A stretch of DNA of 64,000 bases from Styela clava (taxonomy: Eukaryota), in contig NC_135259.1 in assembly GCF_964204865.1 (NCBI RefSeq), positions 11,160,001-11,224,000 of the forward strand, written 5' to 3'. Positions 25,548 through 38,184 of this stretch are shown piece after piece (the first letter of the stretch is position 1; each line of letters opens with the position of its first letter). The notes beneath the pieces were generated by a model. It did not search any database and was not told the DNA's origin. It worked only from the letters and a program-made list of their open reading frames with translations. A program made the position numbers and the translations under genes.

Positions 25548-25838
25548 ACACCAGTAGTCTGACCACCAGAGTCCTGAGATGCGATCACGGAACCACTGAA
25601 CGCAGTTTTTAATTTTGATGTTGTCCCACACAAAAAATCCTAGTGATAAACGAATCCCATGGAGCCCACATGAATGTTTTGAAATAAATGCCTTATTAGC
25701 CTTCTAGCGAAAAATACAATCATCAACCTCTAAAAATTCCAGAGAAGTTGGTCAAGTAGTTAATGAGATAAGCGTTTTTTTTTTCATAACAGCAAGATGG
25801 GAAATACAAAATGACAAAACGATCCATTTTGTGTCCAA
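25548..25838. mobile_element. Copy of the MITE-like repeat at 1381-1710
   Basis: Shares GAGATG.GATCACGGAACCAC...CACACAAAA...AAACGAATC.CAT.GAGCCCACAT with ~1454-1545 and ends GTGTCCAA. Confidence 0.65.
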
Positions 25839-26248
25839 AAACGGGTAAAATTTCAAACAGCAAAGCAGACAATACGACATCTATATGGCGATGAGAACCA
25901 TATAACCATCTTCAAATTTATCAATCGAGATCTCCCTCAGGATGAGCAGGCAATACAGTCAAATTACATGAACCGGTGCCATATCATTTACTTCAAAAAG
26001 GAACTCTGAAATTTGACAGAGCTGGGGCATTGAAATGCAATTGGGTAACGGACAGATCGAGACTCTTAGTCTTAACATATACATATAATCTCGTCTTAAC
26101 TGATATAGGTATATAAATTTATTTAGATATTTAGCCTTTCAATCAAAGGTCAAATTTTGACATCCGTGCATGAATCACTTGATATCCGTAAACGTCAGAT
26201 ATGAATGATGAAATATCTAACCAATTCAAATTGTTTTCAGATGTAGAA

Positions 26249-29215
26249 ATGGCCAGCAAGGCTGAAGTCGTAGAATTATTTGTTTTAATAATTGTTATGA
26301 TATTTTATCCAGGTAACATTTTTATTACAATTAAAATTGAAAATATGGTTACGTAGAATTTGTGCATAGCACATGACTCATGAGTTTGTTTTTTTAATAA
26401 TATCATACTCATAAAAATGCATGTAGTAGTAGATAGTATTTTGTATATTCTACTTGTGAATTATACTATTTTAGTCACATATCATAAATATTGTATTCTT
26501 GTTTATGCATTGGGTTTATTTACTCATCCTTTTTTTTATGCTTTGACGACGGTGGATCCGTATTCATGTAATGCAAGAATGATGTACCAGCTTGTAACTA
26601 CAGGAATATCCCCAAAAGGTTTAACCTCTGTTCTGTAAAGTTGTAGTACACAACAAAGAAAATATTATAATCTTTACAAAGAATTTTCTAAGCAACTAGC
26701 TAAACACGCTCTCAGCCTATTCTGTTAAAAATTTGCTGGGTCCCTATGTATTCTTGGGAAAATGCCGTTTTAAAGAGGCTGTTGTACACTGGTACTTATT
26801 TGAGGCACAAAATTGTATCGCTCTGCAACGTGATTTCCTACCGTTAACGATATGGAGGAAATATGAAGTATTTACGTGCCATTCGGCGCGGAGTGTTCTT
26901 CTTCGGCACAAGCTCAAAACATATATTCTTTGACTTTTTTTTCAGTATGTTCAACAAGATGTGCATATTGCAACGACAATCTATCATTTCCTGCTTGTAA
27001 GAAAGGAAAACTGTTCAATATTTTTTGCAGAGCACCTAATAACTGTTGCAGGTGGAATGCTGATATAAAAGGTTTTGATGAAAAAAAATTTTCACTGATT
27101 ATTCGAATTGCCACAACAACAACAGTTTGTCTTAAAATTGATTATGTTCACACTATTCGCATAATTTGTGATACACTATTTGCTATTATATCAATTAGTT
27201 TAGTAGAAAGTTGAAAAATATTCAAGTTCGAATCAAACTATAAATATTACACTTTACTCGGTGCTTCTAATCGCCTGTACAATATACCGTTTAACTTTTG
27301 GTATCTGATATTCCGTTGTACCAGTTATTTAGCATATTCCTATAACATAATAAAAGTTTTGTCCAAAGGAAATTATCAACATCACATTGTTTTCTTTTGC
27401 TAAATGATCAATTACCTTATTTTTCTCATTCAAAATTACTCACTAAAAATTTGAACGTTTGAAAAAATTTATCGCTATCACTAGAAAACTATTTTTTCCG
27501 AATATTATAGAAGGAAACACAAACTTGCTACGTTCATGTTCAAGATGTGATGAGAGCAAGAATTTTACGTGTACTTCTGACAGCGGAGGGAAAATAATCA
27601 ATAAAATGTGTAAAGATAAAGGTACAGGGTATTTATACAATATTCTCATGATCAGATACAACACGTATGTTACACAAATTGATAAAATTGAGTTTGTTTT
27701 TATATTTGCAGACAAATGCAATAGAGGTTATCCTACCTCAGAAGAAAAAATATTAAACGTCAGCACTTATTTGCCGGCTATAGGTAGGTAATGCTTCTAC
27801 ACAAAATCTTTTTTTTTTGTCTAATTCTAGGTGGTGAGTTTTTGATACGCAGCGTATTGAAAACTAAGCCCTAAAATCTGTTTTCTAATCTTTTTCATGT
27901 CAAAATTAGCCTAACACTGAATGCTATGCAAGTATGTATAGAACACCGTTATCGAACCAAAAAGAATTACGCATTCCTGCTGATGTTATTTGTGATCCGT
28001 AGCACTTTATCAGCTTCTTTTTTTAAAGGTGTCATTAATTGCTTCACTTGTAGTCATAGTATACCAAAAGGTGATTATCAAAATATGACAAAAACTGCAG
28101 AGTGTGGATGGGTCGACAAAAACAAGATACTTCCGTGCGATTTATCAACTCATTCATGTATATACGACGTGACATTGGAAGGAATACGTAAGAATTTAAA
28201 GTGTTTTCAGTGATATTTATAAAATTTTGAAATATACATCTTTTAGTTATTTGACATTGGTAAATCTATGCTTGACGATAATATTAGACCAAGTATATAT
28301 GGAGAATATTGTAAACGCAGGTCCAACTTCTTTCTGCTTTTAATATGTCTTCCATCTAAAAATATCACTCGACATATAGTGTTTATATAGACATCATATT
28401 GGGATAATAGTTTTTCCAATCGTCGTAGAATTGCTTTTGAAAATGCGTAACCAGCATACTAATAATACTTGACAAATTCTTCTCAACTGATTGACTAGTC
28501 GATTCAAATTTTTTGTACTAAGTAGGAAGAAGTCACCAAAACTTTTGCTGTTTTATTTTACTTAAAAAGGATAACTATATTTACCGTCATGCTTGGCCGC
28601 TCCCGTGATGTTTATTCACCAATCTTTTCAGCAAACTTGGAGCTCTTGACAGTACCGGTTACCGATACGCGACCTTCGCGTCCATATATTTGAGCATTGC
28701 TATTGTTATTTTAAAGCTTCTTACTGTATAAGCTTAGATTACAACAAAACAATCTATTTTTGTTAAGGTGCAAAATACTTTCGGGGTTGCGTTCCTGGAA
28801 AATACACTACAAACTGCACACATGAGTATTTTGACAATTCCACAAGACAGATCATACATTGTCGTAGAGGTGCGACATTATACCTAATTCTTAATTTGAG
28901 TTGTTGCATTTTGAATGCATCCTGACATGTTTCATATTTCTGGAAACTCAAGTAGTTTTCCTCGATATATTCTCAGCTACTAGTTGAAAATATGCAAATG
29001 TTATCGATATTTCGTTAAAACGATCTAAATCCACCAAACTTTGAATGCCTGAACAAAACTGTTAGTTCTTTACAAAATAAGTTATAAAATATATTTTAGA
29101 TCATTGCAACGTTTTGCCGGTATTGAAGAGCGGATGCAGCGATTATTCCGGAAACTTGATCATAATTTGCATATCAATAACTTATATATTAAGTATTCTG
29201 TACGATATGTTTTAG
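26249..29215 (+). CDS. Two-domain Ly6/uPAR (three-finger) protein, probably GPI-anchored, ~249 aa
   Basis: Exons 26249-26312, 26946-27071, 27511-27621, 27712-27783, 28029-28187, 28768-28869, 29100-29215, all joined in phase 1. Signal peptide, then CAYC...RSC...CKDKDKCN and CFTC...RGC...CRRDHCN, then a hydrophobic C-terminal tail SGCSDYSGNLIIICISITYILSILYDMF. Confidence 0.8.
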
Positions 29216-30996
29216 TAATAGTTAGACATTACTAGTGGTAGATGTGATTCAAAACACTTTTTCAGTTAAATATTATGAAGTGAATTGAGATACTACCAAA
29301 AGATGCTGTAATATAAATCTCATTAATATATCAATTATCTATTGTGGAAATTTAAGTGATAACAGGAGTGTAATTAGCTGACACAGTATTTAACCCGAGC
29401 TTTAGAAATAATTCCAACAAACATCTAACAACCAGTAGGTATCTATCAGGTGTATCTACATAAAATTGCCCCCCGGTGGCCGTTGACTGACATTTTTTAC
29501 CGACTGTTGTTAAAATTAGATACTTTTACGTTATTATTTGAGTAAAAAAAACGAGTTTCAATTATTCCAAATTTGACAATTTTCAACATTTTATAATTAA
29601 GGCTTTTCGCCCCCTGTCCAAACGGCGCCAAGGCTGCCATACCCCAGATACGCTACTGTACTGCTAATAACACATACATCAGTCTGGTTTTGGTCGTAGA
29701 TTTTGCCGGCAACCTACCAGAACTTAGATTTACATCCAAATTGAAGATGCAACATACTTTCACTTTGTTCCAGTTTTTGAATGAAGAAACGATGAATTTT
29801 GTTTAGTATATATATACACCCAACAATAACTGGTCGTTCGGCTTTTTACACACATGAACTTAGAAGCACCTCACTAAGTTATGAAACATTCAATCACCAT
29901 TGTCATCGAAACGTGCCTAGGAATCTGATGACAGTTCCTTGGCACGTTTTAGAAACTCCATCGTAGTGGTGCTCTCAGAATAATTTTTAATATTGAAAAC
30001 ATGGAATATGTCAAAGTATATTGTAACACCCAGCATCATATGCAGGTTTCCCGAGTCTCAAAATAGCAGAATATGCAGAAACTTTCTCGGTTGCGAACTG
30101 AGAAGAATCAGCATATTAGAGATACATGAAACTAATTTAGTAAAAAAACTTGAATCTACCGCTGTGCCCTCACTAAAGATGTCTTGTCTCTAATGTATTT
30201 TATTTCAAATCTAACCTTTGATTGAAACATTTTAAATCGAAAGAGTGTCGATAATCGATGGGTGATGGGGATAAATGTCCTGAAAAGTTTATTTACTGGA
30301 AAATGTAATTTAAAATTAAAACAAACTATTAGGCGGAATATATTGAATATCATGGTCAGATATAGATTAGACAGTGATTCAGAAAGTTTATAAAATTTTG
30401 TACTGCATTTTCGTCGAAGATTCCATTTTGGAATAAGGATAACTAATTTACTCATTATTTAGCTACTTTCCAGGATCACATTCCCATACTAAGCAATAAA
30501 AAGGAAAATAAAAATAAAATAGCCTTATGTCTGAAAAGACTATCTAGCAATGCTGTGAATAATTTGATAAAATGTCAAATTTCACATCACTCACGTTGCA
30601 ACCTACAGACCTATCGTTTGCAACTAAAGTCATTTGGGGCCATATTTATAAATCGGAATACTCAGTACAAAAGTAGTCTACAGAAGTAAACACCCACGAG
30701 TGTTCAGTACCGGTAGCTACTAACGTAGCTCGGTAAGTAGAAGTAACGTTATTGTCAGGATTCAAGGCACATCGCGCAGGGAGTACAGGTATGACAGCAG
30801 AATAGCCTACAATGCATTAGGTATTACAGTGCAAAATCAACAGGTTACCGGTAACATTAACTATTTGTATTGTTTTTAAGAAAATCCCGGTTGAATAAAG
30901 ATGCTTCCTAACTAAACATAAAAAATCAAAAAAAAAAAAAAATTAATCCTAATCCGCACGGAGTAGTGAAGTGAGTAACCTGCTAGCCGCTGAACC

Positions 30997-31199
30997 GGTT
31001 CCATTACATTTGAACCCACGTATATTTGAACCCATGACAATTGCACCTGTATGCTATTGCATCTATGAAATTTTTTTTGTTTCACGGATAGTTAAATCCA
31101 TACTAACCCTAACCCATGGGTTTTAGCACCCGCATATAGATTGAACCCGCGGATATACGCATGGGTTCAAATGTACGTGGGTTCAAATGTACGGTCACC
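30997..31199. mobile_element. ~200-bp MITE with TACATTTGAACCCAC subterminal inverted repeats and an internal telomere-like CTAACCCTAACCC
   Basis: Inverted termini. A reverse-complement copy lies at 33479-33665. Confidence 0.8.
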
Positions 31200-31429
31200 G
31201 CTGAACCTGTTGGCGGGGAAGTAGTAGCCTGAGTACGCCGTCGAAAAATTCAAATTCAGAATTCGTATCCGTCAATAACAAATTTTTTATGAAACTCAGC
31301 AGCATTAAACCGTAGTAGTATATATTTACGATTAAACGAATATGGTAAGCTTCGATATACATGATCGGTCACCGAACAACAGTTTCACTTGGTTACAGTT
31401 TTGTGCTACTTAGAGTATGAGAGTCTTGG

Positions 31430-31901
31430 TTAAGCGGGTCTAGTTCTAGTATAGTTTAGTACCACAAGTACTTCCGGTGGGCGTAGCATAACTAATTTTG
31501 CATATGCTATTCCTAACCCCCACCTAACAATGCCATCTAAAAATTACGTCACTACAACGTCACCATCACGTCATAGGGATTGCCAAAGTATAATTTCGAT
31601 CGCCGAAAGTGACATCTGCGCCGCCAATAACAAACTTGCTAAAGCCGGCGATCTCTCTCCTATTGTGATCGTTGTGACGAGAAAACGAGTGAAATTGCTT
31701 GCTCGATTTCTGGTGATCGTATGCGCGTTTTGGACGACCACCCATATACTTCGGTGGGCCTTATTACGCCACTGTGACGTTGAAATGACGTAATTTTTCG
31801 GTGACGTAGTCAGGTGGGGGTTAGGATTGACATATGCAAAAATTGTTGAGCCAGGTCAACTAGAAGTACATGTGGTACTAAACTATACCAGACCGGGTTA
31901 A
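31430..31901. mobile_element. piggyBac-like MITE with ~150-bp imperfect TIRs flanked by TTAA
   Basis: Left GTATAGTTTAGTACCACAAGTACTTC...TTTTGCATATG..CCTAACCCCCACCT mirrors right AGGTGGGGGTTAGG..CATATGCAAAA...GAAGTACATGTGGTACTAAACTATAC. TTAA at 31430 and 31898; the right end reads GGG-TTAA. Confidence 0.7.
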
Positions 31902-32714
31902 GCTTTTATATTGGTTATATGTCAACCCGAATGCGTTACCAATTCGATACAATATGTTCCGACCGGATTTTCAGCTGATTCGGTAGTTTAGTTACATTTC
32001 GCAATTGGACCGTTCTCTAATAAAAATCTAAAATAATTCCAAGCTTTTGCGTGTTCAAACTTGTCCGATTTTTTTTATACGTGTTTCGCTTATTTGAGCG
32101 AGGTTTGGTTGATATTTGGTAGTAGTATATATTTACGGTTGAGATGTATAAGCAGTATGCGATCGACTTCCAGATTTCGATACCCACAATCAGACCGCTG
32201 TCATGAAGATGAAAGTTGTTTGAAAAATAAGCTCTCGCACCGTTCAATCGCATTGGTATTTATCACTTTACTGCGATATTGAATCTTCGAGTTGCAAAAC
32301 TGATGTAAATCATTAGGTCTGATTACATTCGAAAAACGATTCATTCAAAAAGGACGGTATCTGTCACTGTCAGAATGACAATACTGTATAACGTTTAACC
32401 TGATTATCAACTACGTTTAAATATTGTCGATCAAACACTTTTGCGATAGCAAAGTCAGCTCATTATTATATACAAACAAAGATATTTTCATCATTCAATT
32501 ATTATCTTACTACTGCCACCATACCGGCATTGAAGATTCAAATATGTATATATATATGCATACAGTTACCAGACCGTTATCCGTTGCGATGAGGTAGGGT
32601 GAGATTCCAAAATATTTCTTATTGCAGACTGCAGTTCATCAACGGAGAGTTGTACCACACCAAGTAGTTTATAACAATAAATTCTGGGCGTATTATATTT
32701 AATCATGTATAATA

Positions 32715-33020
32715 CGAAAAATTGTTACATTGACCCAAAATTTGAACAAGATCCGCCGTTGGTGCTTGAAAAATATTTCGGGTATGGATGGTTTCAACAT
32801 CTTTCCAATCAAATAAAGAAATTGGAAAATACCTAGATTAGTTTTCTAACGAAATACTTTTAATACAACGCAATAGCGTGAATTTCACAGAAATCCAAAA
32901 AAATCGTTAAATTGATCCAAAATTCGAACAAGATCCGCCTTTGGGGGCTGAAAAAAATTTTTGGGTATGGATAGTTGGTTTAAACATCTTTCCCAATCAA
33001 ATAAAGAAATTGGACAAAAA
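32715..33020 (+). repeat. ~180-bp tandem repeat, ~2 copies
   Basis: GAACAAGATCCGCC...GGGTATGGAT...AACATCTTTCCAATCAAATAAAGAAATTGGA recurs at a spacing of ~181 bp. Confidence 0.75.
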
Positions 33021-33478
33021 CTAGCTAAGTAGTGGGAACAAATAAACTTTTTGATTTAATTTACATATCTCTGAGAACTAAAGATTTTTTTGCCAATATT
33101 CATTTCGTTAAATATATGTGCCACTTTGTAGCAAACATTTGATTTGCGCGTTTCAATACTTCCGGTCTGTATAATAGAAATTCGGCATGTTCTCACTGGA
33201 CCTGGAAGCCTAATTAAACTGCAAGATTTTGAATTCGATAGTTGAAGTCAGAATTCCAGACATTCAATGGTGATAATGAAAGTCAAAACAGCATCAAGCA
33301 TACTAAGAGTTTTAAACAGTCAATTAATGGAGGCTTGTATGCGCTAAAGATTTTGTTATCAAAATTTGATTTGAGTCCGGAGCTGTAGTCGGAGTCAGGA
33401 TTGTTTTCCGAGTCTAGAGTCACAACCAATTTTTTTTTCAATTAGGATTCGAATGTAAATTGCCGTAAGTGGAACGCG

Positions 33479-33665
33479 GGGTGACCGTACATTTGAACCC
33501 ACGTACATTTGAACGCATGTGTATATCTGCGGGTTCAATCTATATGCGGGGGCTAAAACCCATGGGTTAGGGTTAGTATGGGTTCAAATATTTGTGGAAC
33601 AAAAAAAATTCATAGGTGCAATAGTATCCAGGTGCAAATGTCGTGGGTTCAAATGTACGGGAACC
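33479..33665. mobile_element. Second copy, opposite orientation, of the TACATTTGAACCC MITE
   Basis: GGTGACCGTACATTTGAACCCACG...GGGTTAGGGTTAG...GGGTTCAAATGTACGGGAACC. Confidence 0.8.
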
Positions 33666-34404
33666 CGAACGCGTCAACGTTTTTACTGATACGAAAGCAC
33701 ATAGGTTATTTCTTCGGATACTGTTTCATCTTTACTAATCAATTATTTGTACTTTTTTTCGTTCATGTTGCTTATAAGGGAACAACGTAACAATTTTTGA
33801 GCGCAGCCATTCTGCGAAAAAAAAATCACCATAATAGTGCAATGCTGGAGAATTCTTGTTTTGTTTCACCAAAAGTAAATCGAATTGTAAATCATCTGTG
33901 AGTTATAATAAATTTTAGATAGAATTTAACCACGCAGAAGTAAAGTTATTATTTAGTATATAAAATATGATTTCAACGCAATCAAACATAATGAAGAGAT
34001 TCTTTTTCAACCCGTGGAGTTGCAGATAACCAAGCTGATAAAAAGAACAAACATTAGTGTTTCTCACAGAAAAACATAAAGGCTCATAACATTTGCATAG
34101 TATTTCTCTTGTAAAATACTGTCTGCTGATACTATATTAAGGCGAGTATCGGGGATAGGCGGATTTATAACATAGCTATTCTACTGAGGAAATGTTATAT
34201 TAATCATTAATTCAAGTATTTTGTTACCACACCGTTCTAGTATCTTTTCAAACTTCATTGTTGATGTGAACAGCTGTTCAAACTATTCTTTCATAACCAA
34301 AGTCTTTCCTAGTCCCAGAAGCAGAAAGTGGTTAAATTTTGGTTAATTTTACCGTTTAATTATATTTTTGTGAAAATTACATTATGAATTGTATTAGAGT
34401 ATTT

Positions 34405-35060
34405 TGCTAGAAAATTTTTTTTCCCCAATGTCTTTATTTGATTGAAAAGATGTTGGATGTATCCATTCATGCCCAAAATATTTTTTGATCTCCAATGACG
34501 GATCTTGTACAAATTTTGGGTCAATTTAACGGTTTTCCGCATTTCTGTAAAATTTACATAAGTGCGATCAAATTTATTTCCAATTTCTTTATTTGATTGG
34601 AAAGATGTTGAAACAAGCTATCCATAACCACAAAATAATTCAAGCGCCAAACGTGGATCTTGTTCAAATATTGGGTCAATTTAACGATTTTTCGGATTCT
34701 TTTTTTAAATGCACTTTATGGCGTTGTATTAAAAGTATTTTGCAAGAAAACTGATGGAATTTTTTTTTTTTATTCTTTTATTTGATTGGAAAGATGTTGA
34801 AACTAGCTATTCATTTCCAAAATATTTTTTGTGCCCGAAAAGCGGATCTTGTTCAAATTCTGGGCTAATTTGACGATTTTTCACAATTTGTGAAATTTAC
34901 GTTGGTACGCTGTATAGAAAATATTTTTTTAGAATATTGTTCGAGTATTTTCTGATTTTTTCTATTGATTAGAAATATGTTTAAAATATTCGTCTATACC
35001 TAAAATATTCTTTGAGCCGCAAAGGCAGATCTTGTTCAAATTTAGTGTTAATTTAACAAT
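34405..35060 (-). repeat. Same ~155-190-bp repeat, ~4 diverged copies, in inverted orientation
   Basis: GATCTTGT(T)CAAA at ~34500, 34655, 34845 and 35028, each with TCTTTATTTGATTGGAAAGATGTTG; reverse complement of the 32715-33020 unit. Confidence 0.75.
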
Positions 35061-35429
35061 TATTTGATTTTTTATTTATTTACCGTACTTTATGTTGTTG
35101 TATCAAATATATTTTGTTGAATTACTATTTTAATCTTAAATGCTTTGTGCGATCAGATGCTACATAATAACGTTCAATTTTACAATTCTACTTTCCGCGG
35201 CTATCAATTAGAAATATTTCGCAAAGTGGAAATACGTTTTCATGACATCGTTCATTTAGCTCCAGGATTTCGATAGCATTTTGCTGATGTAACAGTTGCA
35301 GTATTTGAGTATTTGAGACAGTACTTTGAGACAAGCCCGATAGAGCACATTATTACATAACTAATGGAAGTTTCGCCGCTACCAAGGCTCAGAAATGAAC
35401 TTAGCGTGTGTCTGATCCTACCTACAATA

Positions 35430-35940
35430 ACTTCCATCTACAGTATGCGAAAGTTATTGTCTCACTCCAAGAGTAGTGTGGTATATTGTATTTGCAATGG
35501 TAGCAGTGGCATCAGCATGCCAAATTATTTCTAATTCCAAGCGAGAGAAAAATCGGATATAGAGGAAATTGCAATATATATACTAAAGTTTGAGCATTCA
35601 TGGTTCGAGAATATGAATAATTGGCAAGGTTTTTTGAGTATTTTTCAACACTTACGACTAAAAATTCGACAGACATTAGATGTAGATCTGAATTATGTGA
35701 CTTGAATTAAACGCCGGGTATAATAAACAATCAAATTGAATGAAATATGGAAAATACAAATTTCTGCGGCGATTTTATGAAAAATGCACCTATAGAACCG
35801 AGCTTATTAGCAGCGGTGATATTTTTTGTATGCGTGTTTGCAGTTATCTGCATACTCCGTACTCATTCGTTTTGTGTGTGACCTCAACACGGATCAGTCG
35901 ATCACGAGCTATTTTAAAGATTTTAGTCGAAAGCAGGTTG
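35430..35940. repeat. Dispersed repeat, also present at ~53735-54300
   Basis: Colinear blocks: CTCCAAGA.TAGTGTG, GCAATGGTAGCAGTGGCAT, TTTTTCAACACTT.CGACTAAAA, TGCAGTTATCTGCA, GATCAGTCGATC, GTCGAAAGCAGGTTG. Confidence 0.7.
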
Positions 35941-37089
35941 CCCCCAGGAATAGACCATTAGATTTCATTTTTACTTGGCATGGCACTCAACTACAATCAA
36001 CTCTCATCTCTGCGTTCAAAGTTTGTGAAGATGTGGATCTTGGGTCGTTTTTCAGTTGACCCACGCCGACCAATAACAATTCCACACTATTTTTCAATGA
36101 CTTATTTCGTGTGCTATATCTATATTGACACTTTGATTTCCCAACTTGAGTTTTAATTTTCTTACATTCAATATATATTGCATCTTCGCATCACTTCTTA
36201 CCTGACAATATTAATACGATCATAGGGGTAGGCATAAAGCGATTATATTGGGTAATGTATATCAAATTTTCACGGAAATCTACGGATTGTTGAGTAAAAT
36301 TAACAAATGGGAATGAGTTGATGAAAATCGGATTTGATTTTAAAAGGGTTTGCTTATTCATCAACGGATTTCACCGGATTGTCGATAGCGCGTTGCGAAC
36401 AAAATATTAGTCCTTTGGGTTGTCAATCGTTGAAGACGAATAAATTTATCTAGGTGGGACATATATAGTTTGCGTAGTTGACTTAACTCTTGCATTCCGA
36501 TGTGCGCAGCCCCAGAGATCCCAATAGAATATTTCGCAACCCCCAAAACCAAAATGTGGCTAGCGCGTTACGCCACCAACTATCCGAGTGACACGACCTT
36601 TATTTATCGTCTTTATTATCTTTTATTTTGCATGCTGTCTGCCAATAGTTCAGGTTCAAGATCTTATAAATAACAAAACAATAAATTATAATCAATAGAT
36701 AATCAAATTGAAATAAATATCAGGAAAAAAACGCTTTATTATATGAACACTAGGATTAAATTTTCTAGGATTCAAATAAAACAGTATAGTGATCTCCAGA
36801 TACGGAAATTTTATAAAATCATTTGGTCCATTTCTTGTGGATAAAATGAGATTTCTTCATAAAAACAAAACTGACAACAATAATTTAGCAACCAGGATTC
36901 AATATGTACATTTCGTGTACAAAAAAATAGTAAAAATGTTATTATCCCTACTTTATATGCAAACATTATCAGTCAATAGCAACATTCAAAATTGATCAAT
37001 TATTATTGTTATTGCTGAATATATTATATATTCATTATATGTCACATATTACATTTCTATCTCGCAGGTCGAAACATCACATGTCGTAT

Positions 37090-38184
37090 TTAGAATCCTG
37101 TCGTGGCAACAGTGGAAACTTCTTTGACAGAGGTTGAGTGTTGTTGTGGCAATTGATTCTGCGAACGTATACAATTGACTATGACGAACAGGATTGATTT
37201 CCAGTCTTTCAGTTCCAGAAATATTGCAACATTGTTCACGAGAGCGTTCATTTCAAATGCAGTCAACGCTATGCTTTGTGCTTTCAATTCGGGAAATAAA
37301 TTCATATATAAAGTAATTACGAAAAATGCTATAACATCGCTCACTATGCATAAAGCAGACAAGAAGCTTGATTTCTTCAGAATTGGAACAATCGAAGAGA
37401 TTTTGGAATCAAGTGCTGACTTTTTGGGGATTGATTTCAAGCTGGGATTATTCAGAATTATGGATTTATTGTGGTTCTGATTTAATTTACTTTTAGTATT
37501 TTTAACTTTCTTACAAAGTGGACTCACAAAAAGCAACAATAGTGTTATCTGACCAAGGACTACCAGTGCGACTTGACATAAATGCATGATTCTTGTAAAT
37601 GGGTACACAATTAAAATGCATCCAATAGGCCCACCTTCGGTCTTGACCACGTATAAGTGCATAAACATTGCATATGCATTAGTAATGACTATAGCTACCA
37701 AACAAATGGGACTCACGAAGCGGAAAAACCATTCTGGCATTCGAAGTGCACTTCTTACATTTGGTCTGGAATAGAGAATTTGTTGCCGAAACCACAAAGT
37801 AAGATACACGAAAAAAAGGCTGATGACATATACAAATTTGTATCCGAACAATCCGACACCACACATGATGTCTTCTGTTACGTTAATATCGTTATATAAC
37901 ATTAACTGAATCATAGATATTCTTGGAATATACAGGATAGTTGTCGAAAACACCATTATAAATAATAGGTTGTTTTTCCCATTGGTCGTTTTTACTCTCA
38001 ATCGCTTATATTTTGTACCAAACAGAATCATCGAGACCAATATCCATGTAGCCACGAGAAAAGATGAAATATTCAGCACCTGGCATATACCGAATACCAC
38101 GAGACGTATCTGGATTCCATTTGCATCGTATGCATCATTTGTTTCATATGTGTATCCTATGCTGCTTTCTGTGACGTTTTTCAT
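37090..38184 (-). CDS. Intronless seven-transmembrane GPCR-like orphan receptor, copy 1 (364 aa)
   Basis: Seven hydrophobic segments, N-terminal N-glycosylation site (NVT), Cys at the start of TM3 and in ECL2 (GGPIGC), LWFRQ at the DRY position, Lys-rich third loop, Ser/Thr-rich tail. Confidence 0.85.
   Translation of the reverse strand: MKNVTESSIGYTYETNDAYDANGIQIRLVVFGICQVLNISSFLVATWILVSMILFGTKYKRLRVKTTNGKNNLLFIMVFSTTILYIPRISMIQLMLYNDINVTEDIMCGVGLFGYKFVYVISLFFVYLTLWFRQQILYSRPNVRSALRMPEWFFRFVSPICLVAIVITNAYAMFMHLYVVKTEGGPIGCILIVYPFTRIMHLCQVALVVLGQITLLLLFVSPLCKKVKNTKSKLNQNHNKSIILNNPSLKSIPKKSALDSKISSIVPILKKSSFLSALCIVSDVIAFFVITLYMNLFPELKAQSIALTAFEMNALVNNVAIFLELKDWKSILFVIVNCIRSQNQLPQQHSTSVKEVSTVATTGF

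Noticed and set aside
32715-35060. CRISPR-like or other prokaryotic repeat array
   Set aside because: Eukaryotic context; the units are long, diverged and lack unique spacers.
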